Notes: generated from the letters alone by a model not told the origin. Positions 20,150 to 31,828 are shown, counted from the first letter of the stretch. The stretch: 62,831 bases of DNA from a virus (IMGVR_UViG_3300025598_000039:1-62831); one strand, 5' to 3'. Numbers and translations are program-made.

Positions 20150-21631
20150 ATGGCTAATACGAATTTTACGGTACACAATGGTCTTACCGTAGGACCAACC
20201 ACAATTGATGCCGCAAGCGGTAATATAACACTTGGTGGTTCAATAATAACTACTGGTTCATCTGGTTTTCCAGTTACAGCACCTGCTGGTGGTAATGGTT
20301 ATGGCACAATATATGCCAATAATTATGCAGGCAATATTTCTGCTTATGTTGTTGCTGATAACACTTTTGTTCACATAGGTAGTTTAACTAATACACAATT
20401 AAATTTAAAAGTAAATGGAACTACGCCTGCATTTATTGGAACTAGTGGTAATCTTGTTGTAACAACTGCTACAACATCAACAAATACTACAACTGGTGCT
20501 ATTGTTGCACCTAGTATTGGTATTATTGGCAACGTAAATGCTAATGCTTATTATAGTAACTATTATCTTTATAGCAATGGTAATCCAATTACCACACCTG
20601 CTGGTGGTGCCAATACTATGGTTCAATTTAATGATGGATCAAATTTTAATGGCGCAACTTACCTACAGTATAATAAAACAAGCGGCAATCTAGTTAGCAA
20701 CAGTTTAACTAATAGCACAAGTAGCACTACTGGTGCTCTGGTAATTGCAGGTGGTATTGGTGTTGCACAAGATTTATATATTGGTGGTAAACTTTATGTA
20801 GGTGGTAACACCACATTTGTTAATACAACTATAATTAATACCACTGATACGATTTCGGCACCAACTATTAATGCTGGCACAATTGGTAATAGCGGTGCTA
20901 CACTTTATGGAACACTTAATAGTAGTAGTGCATCGCAAACTAATATTACTGCTGTAGGCACTCTTGGATCATTAACAGTAAGTGGAACTACTAACTTACA
21001 AGGCACAACAAATGGTGCCACAATCAACGCCAGTAGTTTATTAGCAACTACAATTGGCAATTCTGCTAGTAGTATAACAGGAACACTACAAACTGCATCA
21101 CAGACAAACATTACAAGTGTTGGAACATTAAGTAGTCTTACAGTTGGTGGTGCAATTGTTCCAAGTAGTAATGCAAGTATTAATCTTGGTGGAACAAGTT
21201 CTCAATATTTTAACAACGTATATGCAGTTAACTTCCTTGGAACTTCAACTACTGCAAAATATGCTGACTTGGCAGAACGTTACACAAGCAATGCTGATTA
21301 TGAACCAGGCACAGTTGTTGATTTTGGTGGTGAATATGAAGTCACACTAAGTGATATTAACGGTAGTCAATATGTGGCTGGTGTAGTTTCAACAAATCCT
21401 GCTTACCTAATGAATGGTGGATTAGAATCAGGATATGTTACTGTTGCACTTACTGGTCGTGTTCCAACAAAAGTTACAGGACCAATAGAGAAAGGTGCTA
21501 TGGTAGTTAGTAACGGAGATGGGACTGCACGCATGGAAAGAAATCCAAAAATTGGTAGCGTAATCGGCAAGGCTCTTGAATCAATTGGTGATAAAATTGG
21601 TGTCATAGAGGTCGTAGTTGGTCGTCTCTAA
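20150..21631 (+). CDS. Tail fibre protein with C-terminal autocleaving chaperone-like domain
   Basis: AKYADLAERY..GVVSTNPAYLMN..VALTGRVP..IGKALE. Confidence 0.8.
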   Translation: MANTNFTVHNGLTVGPTTIDAASGNITLGGSIITTGSSGFPVTAPAGGNGYGTIYANNYAGNISAYVVADNTFVHIGSLTNTQLNLKVNGTTPAFIGTSGNLVVTTATTSTNTTTGAIVAPSIGIIGNVNANAYYSNYYLYSNGNPITTPAGGANTMVQFNDGSNFNGATYLQYNKTSGNLVSNSLTNSTSSTTGALVIAGGIGVAQDLYIGGKLYVGGNTTFVNTTIINTTDTISAPTINAGTIGNSGATLYGTLNSSSASQTNITAVGTLGSLTVSGTTNLQGTTNGATINASSLLATTIGNSASSITGTLQTASQTNITSVGTLSSLTVGGAIVPSSNASINLGGTSSQYFNNVYAVNFLGTSTTAKYADLAERYTSNADYEPGTVVDFGGEYEVTLSDINGSQYVAGVVSTNPAYLMNGGLESGYVTVALTGRVPTKVTGPIEKGAMVVSNGDGTARMERNPKIGSVIGKALESIGDKIGVIEVVVGRL

Positions 21632-21660
21632 TTGGTTAAATACTGTATTAGAGAATATAA

Positions 21661-24600
21661 ATGGCATTAACACGTGCAGTAAGTGATTTTAAAGACAGCG
21701 TTAAGGCAGCAACAACTGGTGCAAATATCAATCTTGCAGCAGCCCCAAATACACTTGACGGCGTAACACTTTCTACTAATGATCGTGTTCTTGTAAAAGA
21801 TCAAAGCCCAAGTTCACTAAACGGCATTTATCGTGTTACCACTCTGGGAACAGGTAGTAACGGTAGTTGGACACGTGCAAGCGATTTTAATGATTACCGT
21901 CAAATCAGCAGCGGCGCACTTACTTTCGTTGAACAAGGTGCTATTAACGGTAATATATTTTACTATATTCCAGGCGGCGAACCAAATGTTCAAATTGGCA
22001 CAACTGCTATCACATTTGCCAACTTATATTCTTTTATTGATGCTACTGCATCACAAAACTTACAAAGTGTAACGAACTTTGGTAATACTACTACGGCTAA
22101 TATAACTGCTTCAAACTTTATTGCTAATAGCGGCGGGCAGTTTACAGGATATTTTAACGGTGCTATCGGTGCAAATGGCGCGAATAGCGGTGCATTTTCA
22201 ACTGTATCAACAACAGGAAACTTAACAGTTGGAGGAAACATCACTATTACTGGTAATATTTTACCTAGTGTTAGTAATGTTTACACTCTCGGTTCAAACA
22301 CATTAAGGTTTGCAAACTTATTTCTAAAAGGAAATACAATTGTTTTAGGAAGTTTGCAGATTACTGATACTGGTCTTGGCAGTCTAAGTGTTACCGATCT
22401 GAATAATAACACGCTTCCAATAGTAATGAGTGCTATCAATAACACTCCTATCGGAAACGCTACTCCAAGCACAGGTGCATTTACAACTCTTAGTGCATCT
22501 AATAATATAACTGCTCAAACTTCAAACATTTACGCATCTAATATTGTAGGCAATTCAGCAATTTACAGTCCAATTTATTATTGGGCAAACGGTATTTCAC
22601 TTGCTAATAGTATAACTGGTTTGTACAGTAATAGTAATGTTGCTGCTTACCTTGTAAATTATAATGGCAATATTGGATTATCTAATATTAACAGTAGTGG
22701 CACGTCTACTATAAATGCAATTATTGCAAATGGTGGAGCAACAAGTACGAGCACTACAACAGGTGCACTTATTGTTCAAGGTGGTGCTGGTATAAGTGGT
22801 AACCTTTATGTTGGTGGTAATTTATCAATATCTGGTAACACTACATTTATCAACACAACAGTAATAACAACTACAGATACTATTTCTGCTCCTACAATTA
22901 ATGCAAACGTTGTAGGCAATACTGGTGCATCATTATATGGAACTATTGCTAGTAATGTTCAACCATTTATTACTAGTGTTGGGACGCTAACTTCACTAAA
23001 TTCTACTGGAACAATAAGTGCGAATCAAGTTCAAGCAGGTGTTCTTGGTAATAGTGGTGCATTAATTACAGGTTCATTAACAACTGCGTCTCAGGCTAAC
23101 ATTACAAGTGTTGGTACATTAACTAATTTAACAACAAGTGGCAATATTGCTGCACAGACTGCTAACATATATGCTGCAAATATTATTGGCAATACTGCTG
23201 TTTATGCAGCACAACTTTATTGGAGTAACGGTGCTACTCTTGCTTCCACTATAACAGGAACATACAGCAATAGCAACGTTAACAGTTACCTACCAACTTA
23301 CAGTGGAACACTTTCACCTAGTAGTTTAACAACTAATAGCGGCGGACAAGTAACTGGTTATTTAACAGGTGCAATTGGTGCAAATACTGCTAACACAGGT
23401 AACTTTACATCTATTACAACTAGCGGCAGTGGTGGTAATATCACAGGAACAAACACTGGTTATATCGTAAGCGGTTATCTAGTTTCAAATAATAATGTTT
23501 ATGGTAATTCTTATCTTTGGTATAACAATAATGCTCCGTTGGCTACTACTATTACAGGAACATACAGCAATAGTAATGTTAATAGTTACCTACCAACTTA
23601 TAGCGGAACTCTTTCACCTAGCAGTTTAACAACTAATAATGGTGGACAAGTAACTGGTTATTTGACAGGTGCAATTGGTGCCAACACTGCAAATAGTGGT
23701 GTGTTTACAACAGTCACAGCAAGTGGTAATATTACAGCACAAACTGCAAACGTATATGGCGCTAACTTTGTTGCAAATACCGCAAGTTATAGCCCTGTTT
23801 ATTATTATGCAAACGGGGTGAACATTCTTAATGCTATTACTGCAAGCGCATATAGCAACGCAAATGCTGCTTCTTATCTGCCAACGTATAACGGAAACAT
23901 TGGCAATCTCGCAACTGGTAATCTGATACCTCTTGCTAACACATCATATTATCTTGGTAATAGCACCAATTATTATGCAAATGCTTATGCTAATAACTTT
24001 AATGCTATCACACAACTTGCGACACCAAAGATTCAATTTACAGTTGGTGGAGCGTCAATTCTTGAAGACAATCCACTTGACTTGGCAATCGTTGCACCAT
24101 ATCAAATTGCTATTAAACCTGCCGCATATCAGTATACATTTAACAATAACGGAAGTTTAAGTGGTCCTGGTGGAACATTTGTTTATGCTAACGGCGCTGT
24201 ATATGGCAACATTACTGCAACTGGCGCATATTGGGCAAACGGCGTTTCATTCGCATCAACAATTACTGGTACATATAGCAATAGTAATGTCAACTCATAT
24301 CTTCCAACTTATACTGGGACACTAACACCAAGTAGCCTAACCACAAATAGTGGTGGTCAGGTAAGTGGTTATCTAACAGGTGCAATTGGTGCTAATACTG
24401 CAAATAGCGGTGCATTTACAACTGTTACTGCAAGCGGTGCACTAACAGCACAGGGAACTATCACTAGCGGTGGTCAGGTTGTTGGTTACTTTAATGGTGC
24501 AATTGGTGCTAACACACCAAATAGTGCTATATTCACTAATGTAACTACAAGCGGTAATATTACAGCACAAACTGCAAATGTTTATGCAGCAAATTTTGTA

Positions 24601-27600
24601 GGAAATACAGCAAGTTATAGTCCTGTATATTATTACTCTAATGGTTTGAATATTTTGACACCTATTGTCAACGCGGCTTATAGCAATACAAATGCTGCTG
24701 CTTATTTGACAACATATAATGGTGCTTTATCTGCTGCTAATATTACGACTAGTGGTAATATCACTGCGCAAACAGCAAATTTGTATGCTTCTAATGTTAT
24801 TGCGAATACGGCATTATATGGTGCACAATATTATTGGAGTAATGGTGCTGCTATTGCGGCTACAATCACAGGAACTTATAGTAATAGTAATGTTGCTTCT
24901 TACTTACCAATTTATAGCGGAACTCTTTCACCAAGTAGTTTAACAACTAATAGCGGCGGTCAAGTAACTGGTTATCTTACTGGTGCAATTGGTGCAAATA
25001 CACCCAACAACGCAACATTTACAACAACAAGCATTACTAATGCAACTAACACAAGTGGTCTTGGCACAGGTGCTCTTATTGTTACGCAAGGCGGCGCAGC
25101 AATCCAACAAGATTTGTATGTTGGTGGTAACATTTATGCTTCAAATATTATTTCTCAAACATCACAACAACTTGTTGTAAGTGATCCACTTATATACTTG
25201 AGCGCAAATTCTGGATCATACAATTATGAAATAGGTTTTTATAGTCACTTTGTTGGTGGTAACGTTCCACAATATGCACATACTGGTTTTACTCGCAATC
25301 ATGTAGATAATCAGTGGTATTTGTTTTCTAACTTACCAGAGCCAAGTGGTGGGGTAATTAATCTATCAAGTAGTAATATTGTTTATGATACACTTAAACT
25401 TGGTGCAGCACTAATTCAAAATACTACAATTGCTACTAGCACTACAAGTGGTGCGTTACAAGTAGCAGGTGGTGCTGGTATAAGTGGTGCAGTATATGCA
25501 AATAATTTTAGTGGCGTATCGTTATATGCTGGCACTATAGGTAATACAGGTTCTATATTAACTGGAACCTTATCAACTGCTGCCCAACCTAATATTACAA
25601 GTGTTGGAACATTAAGTTCATTAACTGTAAGTGGAACAACTAACTTACAAGGCACAACAAATGGTGCTACGGTTAATGCAGTTAACTTATATGCTACAAC
25701 AATAGGTAATACTGCAACTGCAATCAGCGGCAATTTAGTAAATGCAAGCGCAATTTATGCTGGCACAATTGGTAATACTGGAACAGCACTTGTTGGAACT
25801 CTCTCTACTAATTCACAACCTTATATAACAAGTGTTGGACAATTAACTAGTCTTAATGTTACGGGCACAACTACAACTAATCAGTTACAAGCAGGTTTGA
25901 TTGGTAACAGCGGTTCGTTATTACAAGGTACTTTAATTACTGCGGCACAAGGTAACATTACTTCGGTTGGTGTACTAACTTCTCTTACTTCAACTGGTAC
26001 TATTGCTGCAAATCAGGTACAAGCAGGCGTTTTAGGTAATAGTGGAGCACTTATAACAGGAACGCTTACAACTTCTTCTCAAGGTAATATTACAAGTGTT
26101 GGACAATTAACTGCACTTAATGTCACTGGTACTACCACGACCAACCAATTGCAGGCAGGATTAATCGGTAATAGTGGCTCGTTGCTACAAGGCACACTAA
26201 TTACCGCAGCACAAGGTAACATTACAAGTGTTGGCACCTTAACTTCTCTTACTTCAACTGGTACCATTGCTGCAAACCAAATACAGGCAGGCGTATTAGG
26301 AAACAGTGGTGCGCTACTTACTGGTACCTTAACTACTGCTGCACAAGGTAATATCACAAGCACAGGTGCGCTAACAAGTCCAAGTTTCACTACAAGTGGT
26401 GGTGGACAGTTAAATGGTTATCACACTGGTGCTATTGGTGCAAATACACCAAATAGCGGTGCATTCACTACCCTCACTGCAAGTGGCACTATAACTGGTA
26501 CTGGTCAAATAATTGGTTACTTTAACGGTGCGATTGGTGCTAATACTGCTAATAGCGGTGCATTTACAACTGTTACCGCAAGTAGTATTAGCAGTAGTGG
26601 CAATATTACTGCTCAAACTGCAAACGTATATGCTGCTAACGTAATCGGCAACACTGCGCTTTATGGTGGTCAGTTCTATTGGAGCAACGGTGCTTCACTT
26701 ACAAGCACTATCACTGGTCTGTACAGCAATAGTAACGTTGCTACATATCTTCCAACTTATACTGGAACATTAAGCCCAAGCAGTTTAACAACTAATAGTG
26801 GTGGTCAAGTAACTGCATACCTAACTGGTGCAATTGGTGCTAACGTAGCAAATAGCGGTGCATTTACAACTGTTACAGCTACAAGCACAATCGTTGCACA
26901 AGGAACTATTACTAGTGCTAGTCAAATAGTGGGTTACTTTAATGGTGCCATTGGTGCAAATACTGCTAATAGCGGTTCATTTACTACACTCGCTGCAAGC
27001 AGCAATATAAGTGCTTATAGTAGCCTGAACGTAGTTGGTAATATTGGTGCTGGTAATTTTGTTGCCAATACTGCAACATATAGTCCAAATTTCTACTGGG
27101 CAAATGGTGTTTCACTTGCAAATAGTATCACAGGTACATACAGCAATAGTAATGTTGCTTCATATCTACCAACTTATACAGGTGCACTTACTGCTGGTAA
27201 CGTAACTACAGTAAATGGCGGACAGATAGTTGGTTACCTAACTGGTGCAATTGGTGCTAATACACCAAATAGCGGTGCATTTACTACGCTAACTGCAAGT
27301 GGAAATACCACACTAAACAATTATGCAAACATTTATATTGCAACTGGTAGCACCGCACAAACAAGTGCACTTACAGTTGTTGGTAATGTTTATGGTCAAG
27401 GTGGCACAGGATATCTTGATTTTCTAAAATTACAAAACACCTATAGTGCTGCAACAAACCCAAACAAATATTTCCGTATAGATAATGCTGGTTCATTCCA
27501 AGTAATTAATAGTGCATATACTAATAATATTTTCAACTTGACTGATGCTGGTGCACTTACTGTTCCAAGTGTTGCGACAGTTGGAAATCTTGTTACTACA

Positions 27601-29172
27601 AGTGGCGTATATTGGTCAAACGGTGCAGCATATAGTAGTGGTGGTGGCGGAAGTGGAACACCTGGTGGTAGCAATACTATGGTGCAGTTTAATAACAGCG
27701 GAACATTTACTGGTGCAACATACCTACAATATAATCTAACAAGTGGTAATCTTGTATCCAATAGTACAACTCAAAGCACATCAACTTCAACTGGTGCGTT
27801 AGTTCTTGCTGGTGGTTTAGGCGTTGGTGGTAACATTTATGCTGCTAATATTTTAATTGGTTCAACTACTACACTTACGGGTGTGCAAAATATTGGATTG
27901 ATACCTGGTAGTAGTGCATATCTTACTATTATGGGCGCACGTCTTGGCGATACTGGTTCTCAGGTTACTGGCGTTGGTGCACTTGAAATACAAGGCAGTA
28001 GCGGTAGCGGTAGCGGTATCCAAAGCAAAATTGACTTTGTTGATAAAATTCCAGGTGGTAATAGTCTTGTTAATAGCGCACGTATTAGTGTAACAAATAG
28101 TGCAACTGCAACAAACGTTGGACAGTTAGTGTTTAGCACTTATAATGGCTCTTCACTTGTTGAAGCCATGCGCATTTATGAAAATGGCAATATCATTACA
28201 CCAAGCACTACTACAATTACTTACGGAACTCTATCTGCAGTTACAGTTAATGGTAATACTATAGGTAATACAGGTAGCACAATTATTGGAATTATTGCTA
28301 CTAACGCACAACCATATATTACAAGCATTGGTACCTTAACAGGATTAACATCAAGTGGTAATATAACTGCGCAAACTGCTAACGTATATGCTGCAAATCA
28401 TATTGCTAATACTGCAACTTATAGTGGTGCATATTATTATTCTAATGGAAGCACACTTAAAACTGGTGCAAACTTTACAACAAGCAACACAGCACCATCA
28501 GGCGCTAGTGTTGGTGATTTCTGGTATAAAGGTAATAGCGATGTTCTTTACGAATATGTGCAAGATGCCGCAAGTAATAAATTTTGGCTAGATTTAAGTA
28601 GTACCACAAATAACTTTTCTAACCTTACCGCTTCTACAGCAACAATAACAAGTGCAGCAATCTCCAATATAACCCAAACATTTGTTCCAAGCTCAAATGC
28701 TTCTATTAATATAGGTAGTGCAAGTGGTGGTTATTTTAACGCCATCTATGCTGTTACATTTAGTGGAACATCAACCACAGCAAAATATGCTGACTTGGCA
28801 GAAATGTATCATAGTGATGATTATTATGCACCAGGCACAGTTATGATTTTTGGTGGCGATTTTGATGTTACAATATCAAATCAAAGTCACGATACACGTA
28901 TTGCTGGTGTTGTATCAACAAATCCTGCCTATCTTATGAATGATAATTTTGAAACAGATAATTGGTTGCCTATTGCACTAACTGGTCGTGTTCCTTGTTT
29001 AGTTCGTGGACCCGTAAATAAAGGTACTGTTTTAGTAAGTAGCGAAGAAACTGGTATTGCTTGTGCATTAAATAATTTAAAATATGAAGTTGGATGTGTA
29101 ATAGGCAAAAGCATGGACATAATAACAGATAGCAGCGTTCGTAAAATTGAAATAGCGGTAGGTAGATACTAA
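21661..29172 (+). CDS. Very long repeat-built tail fibre protein (2503 aa)
   Basis: N-terminal DGVTLSTNDRVLVKDQ..NGIY..WTRASD module; shared repeats; C-terminal YADLAEMY chaperone-like domain. Confidence 0.82.
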   Translation: MALTRAVSDFKDSVKAATTGANINLAAAPNTLDGVTLSTNDRVLVKDQSPSSLNGIYRVTTLGTGSNGSWTRASDFNDYRQISSGALTFVEQGAINGNIFYYIPGGEPNVQIGTTAITFANLYSFIDATASQNLQSVTNFGNTTTANITASNFIANSGGQFTGYFNGAIGANGANSGAFSTVSTTGNLTVGGNITITGNILPSVSNVYTLGSNTLRFANLFLKGNTIVLGSLQITDTGLGSLSVTDLNNNTLPIVMSAINNTPIGNATPSTGAFTTLSASNNITAQTSNIYASNIVGNSAIYSPIYYWANGISLANSITGLYSNSNVAAYLVNYNGNIGLSNINSSGTSTINAIIANGGATSTSTTTGALIVQGGAGISGNLYVGGNLSISGNTTFINTTVITTTDTISAPTINANVVGNTGASLYGTIASNVQPFITSVGTLTSLNSTGTISANQVQAGVLGNSGALITGSLTTASQANITSVGTLTNLTTSGNIAAQTANIYAANIIGNTAVYAAQLYWSNGATLASTITGTYSNSNVNSYLPTYSGTLSPSSLTTNSGGQVTGYLTGAIGANTANTGNFTSITTSGSGGNITGTNTGYIVSGYLVSNNNVYGNSYLWYNNNAPLATTITGTYSNSNVNSYLPTYSGTLSPSSLTTNNGGQVTGYLTGAIGANTANSGVFTTVTASGNITAQTANVYGANFVANTASYSPVYYYANGVNILNAITASAYSNANAASYLPTYNGNIGNLATGNLIPLANTSYYLGNSTNYYANAYANNFNAITQLATPKIQFTVGGASILEDNPLDLAIVAPYQIAIKPAAYQYTFNNNGSLSGPGGTFVYANGAVYGNITATGAYWANGVSFASTITGTYSNSNVNSYLPTYTGTLTPSSLTTNSGGQVSGYLTGAIGANTANSGAFTTVTASGALTAQGTITSGGQVVGYFNGAIGANTPNSAIFTNVTTSGNITAQTANVYAANFVGNTASYSPVYYYSNGLNILTPIVNAAYSNTNAAAYLTTYNGALSAANITTSGNITAQTANLYASNVIANTALYGAQYYWSNGAAIAATITGTYSNSNVASYLPIYSGTLSPSSLTTNSGGQVTGYLTGAIGANTPNNATFTTTSITNATNTSGLGTGALIVTQGGAAIQQDLYVGGNIYASNIISQTSQQLVVSDPLIYLSANSGSYNYEIGFYSHFVGGNVPQYAHTGFTRNHVDNQWYLFSNLPEPSGGVINLSSSNIVYDTLKLGAALIQNTTIATSTTSGALQVAGGAGISGAVYANNFSGVSLYAGTIGNTGSILTGTLSTAAQPNITSVGTLSSLTVSGTTNLQGTTNGATVNAVNLYATTIGNTATAISGNLVNASAIYAGTIGNTGTALVGTLSTNSQPYITSVGQLTSLNVTGTTTTNQLQAGLIGNSGSLLQGTLITAAQGNITSVGVLTSLTSTGTIAANQVQAGVLGNSGALITGTLTTSSQGNITSVGQLTALNVTGTTTTNQLQAGLIGNSGSLLQGTLITAAQGNITSVGTLTSLTSTGTIAANQIQAGVLGNSGALLTGTLTTAAQGNITSTGALTSPSFTTSGGGQLNGYHTGAIGANTPNSGAFTTLTASGTITGTGQIIGYFNGAIGANTANSGAFTTVTASSISSSGNITAQTANVYAANVIGNTALYGGQFYWSNGASLTSTITGLYSNSNVATYLPTYTGTLSPSSLTTNSGGQVTAYLTGAIGANVANSGAFTTVTATSTIVAQGTITSASQIVGYFNGAIGANTANSGSFTTLAASSNISAYSSLNVVGNIGAGNFVANTATYSPNFYWANGVSLANSITGTYSNSNVASYLPTYTGALTAGNVTTVNGGQIVGYLTGAIGANTPNSGAFTTLTASGNTTLNNYANIYIATGSTAQTSALTVVGNVYGQGGTGYLDFLKLQNTYSAATNPNKYFRIDNAGSFQVINSAYTNNIFNLTDAGALTVPSVATVGNLVTTSGVYWSNGAAYSSGGGGSGTPGGSNTMVQFNNSGTFTGATYLQYNLTSGNLVSNSTTQSTSTSTGALVLAGGLGVGGNIYAANILIGSTTTLTGVQNIGLIPGSSAYLTIMGARLGDTGSQVTGVGALEIQGSSGSGSGIQSKIDFVDKIPGGNSLVNSARISVTNSATATNVGQLVFSTYNGSSLVEAMRIYENGNIITPSTTTITYGTLSAVTVNGNTIGNTGSTIIGIIATNAQPYITSIGTLTGLTSSGNITAQTANVYAANHIANTATYSGAYYYSNGSTLKTGANFTTSNTAPSGASVGDFWYKGNSDVLYEYVQDAASNKFWLDLSSTTNNFSNLTASTATITSAAISNITQTFVPSSNASINIGSASGGYFNAIYAVTFSGTSTTAKYADLAEMYHSDDYYAPGTVMIFGGDFDVTISNQSHDTRIAGVVSTNPAYLMNDNFETDNWLPIALTGRVPCLVRGPVNKGTVLVSSEETGIACALNNLKYEVGCVIGKSMDIITDSSVRKIEIAVGRY
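25828..26355 (+). repeat. Intragenic tandem duplication, 264-nt unit (88 aa) x2
   Basis: ACAAGTGTTGGACAATTAACT at 25828 and 26092; near-identical protein repeats. Confidence 0.8.
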
Positions 29173-29906
29173 TGTCATTTCCAACTAGTCCAAGTGATGG
29201 TCAAACAACAACAATAAATGGTGTAGTTTATACCTATAGTGCTGCACTAGGAAGTTGGACAAAATCAACAAGTGGAAGTGGAACTATTGGCAGTAGTGTA
29301 AGTGGAACATTAAGTGTTACTGGTGGAACTACACTAAGCTCTACACTTGGTGTCACTGGTGCAACTACACTTAGTTCAACTTTAGGTGTAAGCGGTGCTA
29401 CTACACTAAGCAGCACTCTATCTGTTAGTGGTACTACAAGTTTGAGTAGTGCAACTACAATAAGTGCAAGTTTGCAAGCAACAAGTATAGGTGTAGGTAC
29501 AACTCCAAATTCAACTACTGGACAAATTACTTGCACAAATAGTATAACTGCTTTTTATAGTGATTTAAGATTAAAAGAAAATTTTGAACCAATTACCCAA
29601 GCATTAATGAAGACTGAAAAACTTAGAGGAATGTTTTATACTCAAAACAAATTTGCAGAAAATTTTGGTTATCAAGATTATAGTCGTCAAGTTGGTGTTA
29701 TTGCACAAGATGTCGAAGCTGTGCTGCCAGAAATCGTAAAGATTGCGCCGTTTGACATGGATGGTATAGGCGGAAGTCGTACTGGTGAGCGTTATCTTAC
29801 TATCCAATATGAAAAACTTACTCCACTGCTTGTAGAAGCAATCAAAGAACTAAGTGCTAAAGTAAATAATCTGCAAGAGGAAGTAGATAAGTTGAAGGGT
29901 CTGTAA
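29172..29906 (+). CDS. Short fibre protein with S74-type chaperone
   Basis: GATTLSSTLGVT repeats; SDLRLKEN..GVIAQDVEAVLPE..YEKLTPLLVEAIKEL. Confidence 0.82.
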   Translation: MSFPTSPSDGQTTTINGVVYTYSAALGSWTKSTSGSGTIGSSVSGTLSVTGGTTLSSTLGVTGATTLSSTLGVSGATTLSSTLSVSGTTSLSSATTISASLQATSIGVGTTPNSTTGQITCTNSITAFYSDLRLKENFEPITQALMKTEKLRGMFYTQNKFAENFGYQDYSRQVGVIAQDVEAVLPEIVKIAPFDMDGIGGSRTGERYLTIQYEKLTPLLVEAIKELSAKVNNLQEEVDKLKGL

Positions 29907-31154
29907 ATGACTGTAGCATTAGGTGGAGCATTACCTACGAATGGTTTAGTTTGTTATGTTGATGCAAAATCTTATTCAAGTGGCACAACTTGGACAGATT
30001 TAAGTGGTAACGGTAACAACTTAACGCTTGTCAATAGTCCAACAAAAAGTGGCAATGTTTTACAATTTAATGGCTCAAACCAATATGCTTATAACACTTT
30101 AAATTTAAGCAGTGGAACATCAACAATAATTGGAAAAAGTAGATATAGTGGAGCAACAAGAGGCAGAGTTATTACTGCCTACAGTAATAATTGGTTATTG
30201 GGACACTGGAACGGCACTGCAAATGCTTTTTATGCATTGGGTTGGATAACGTCACCTGGTATAGGACCAAGCGATCAACTTTTCAAAACTTATGTAGGAA
30301 CATCTGATACTGCTGGTGCCAACTATTCTTTCTATACTGATGGTGTTTTAGAAGTTAGCAATAGTAGTGGAACTGCTGGACCAAACGGTCTTTGCATTGG
30401 GTGTTGGGCAGGATCATCTGAATTTAGCACATGTGAAGTAGAATATGTATTGGCTTATAACCGTGTTTTAAGCTATGGTGAAATGCTGCAAGCAATTGCA
30501 TATGCAGAACAAGCTATGGTGTATGGTGATGCAACCTCACAATCTACAAGTGGTTACGCTGCTGATCATGGATTGCTTATAGGTATAACTTCTTTTACTT
30601 CAAGTGGAACTTATACAGTGCCTACTGGTACTAATCAACTATATGTAAAGTTAGTTGGCGGTGGTGGAGGCAGTGCAGGCTATTGTGAAGCTGGTGGTGC
30701 TGGTGGATATGCAGAGGGATATGTAAATGATGTTAGTGGTGGTCAAACTATAAGTGTAACTGTTGGTAGTGGTGGCGGCGGTGTAAATTATTATGCTGCG
30801 GGCGGTGCAGGCGGCTCATCAAGTTTTGGTTCCTACTTAAGTGCAAGCGGCGGAAATGGTTCTAATAGCAGTTATAGTCATACTGGAGGCCATGGTGGTG
30901 CTGGCAGTGGTGGCGTATTTCAAGCATATGGTGGTGGTGGAACAGGACACGGAAACCATCATGGAAGTGGACCCGCTGGTCGAGGTGGGTTAAGTTATTT
31001 TGGTGGTGCAGCAAGTCGACGTCACAGCAGTGGAGACCATATAGGAACTGGAGCACCAGGCACAGGTGGAACTCCGCATAATTCAGATGGTGCTGGTGGT
31101 TCAACTGGTGGAGGTGGATATGGTGGAATTGTTATTGTATATGCATACAAATAA
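29907..31154 (+). CDS. LamG plus Gly-rich domain virion protein
   Basis: TWTDLSGNGN..AYNRVLS, then FTSSGTYTVP..LVGGGGG. Confidence 0.75.
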   Translation: MTVALGGALPTNGLVCYVDAKSYSSGTTWTDLSGNGNNLTLVNSPTKSGNVLQFNGSNQYAYNTLNLSSGTSTIIGKSRYSGATRGRVITAYSNNWLLGHWNGTANAFYALGWITSPGIGPSDQLFKTYVGTSDTAGANYSFYTDGVLEVSNSSGTAGPNGLCIGCWAGSSEFSTCEVEYVLAYNRVLSYGEMLQAIAYAEQAMVYGDATSQSTSGYAADHGLLIGITSFTSSGTYTVPTGTNQLYVKLVGGGGGSAGYCEAGGAGGYAEGYVNDVSGGQTISVTVGSGGGGVNYYAAGGAGGSSSFGSYLSASGGNGSNSSYSHTGGHGGAGSGGVFQAYGGGGTGHGNHHGSGPAGRGGLSYFGGAASRRHSSGDHIGTGAPGTGGTPHNSDGAGGSTGGGGYGGIVIVYAYK

Positions 31155-31163
31155 GGAATTAGA

Positions 31164-31820
31164 ATGGCAATAACTATTACAAGCACGGGTATAACATATG
31201 GTGATGGTAGTAGTGATAGTTCGCAAACTACCAATAAAGGTGCTCTTATAAACATAACAACTTTTACATCAAGCGGAACATACACAGTTCCAGCAAATTG
31301 CAGCAATGTTTATGTTCAGCTTGTTGGCGGAGGTGGCGGTAGTGCTGGTTATTGTGAAAGTGGAGGTGGCGGAGGATATGGTGAGGGATTATTTTCAGTT
31401 ACCGCAGGATCAACTATAAGTGTAACAATTGGCGGCGGTGGAGGTGGCGTAACTTATTATAATGTTGCTAGCACAGGAGGAACTACGAGTTTTGGTTCAT
31501 ATTTGAGTGCGACGGGTGGTTATGGAGCAAACCAAAATATTCAACATGGGGGTGGTGCTGGAGGTATTGGTAGCGGAGGCAGTATTCAATTATATGGAGG
31601 CACAGGGTGTGGTCATTTGAATCATGGAAGCCATAGTCAAACAGGTTATGGTGGAGCAACTTTTTTTGGTGGCGGCGGTGGCGTAAAAAGACATCAAAAT
31701 AATTCTCATAACATAAGTCAAGCACCAGGTAGTGGAGCATGTGGTAATGAATGTGATGGTGATGGAACTGTTGGAACAACAGGTTCAAGTGGTTTGTGTA
31801 TAGTTTACGCTTATAAGTAG
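31164..31820 (+). CDS. Gly-rich domain virion protein
   Basis: FTSSGTYTVP..LVGGGGGSAGYCESGG; paralogue of its neighbours. Confidence 0.72.
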   Translation: MAITITSTGITYGDGSSDSSQTTNKGALINITTFTSSGTYTVPANCSNVYVQLVGGGGGSAGYCESGGGGGYGEGLFSVTAGSTISVTIGGGGGGVTYYNVASTGGTTSFGSYLSATGGYGANQNIQHGGGAGGIGSGGSIQLYGGTGCGHLNHGSHSQTGYGGATFFGGGGGVKRHQNNSHNISQAPGSGACGNECDGDGTVGTTGSSGLCIVYAYK

Positions 31821-31828
31821 GATAAAAA

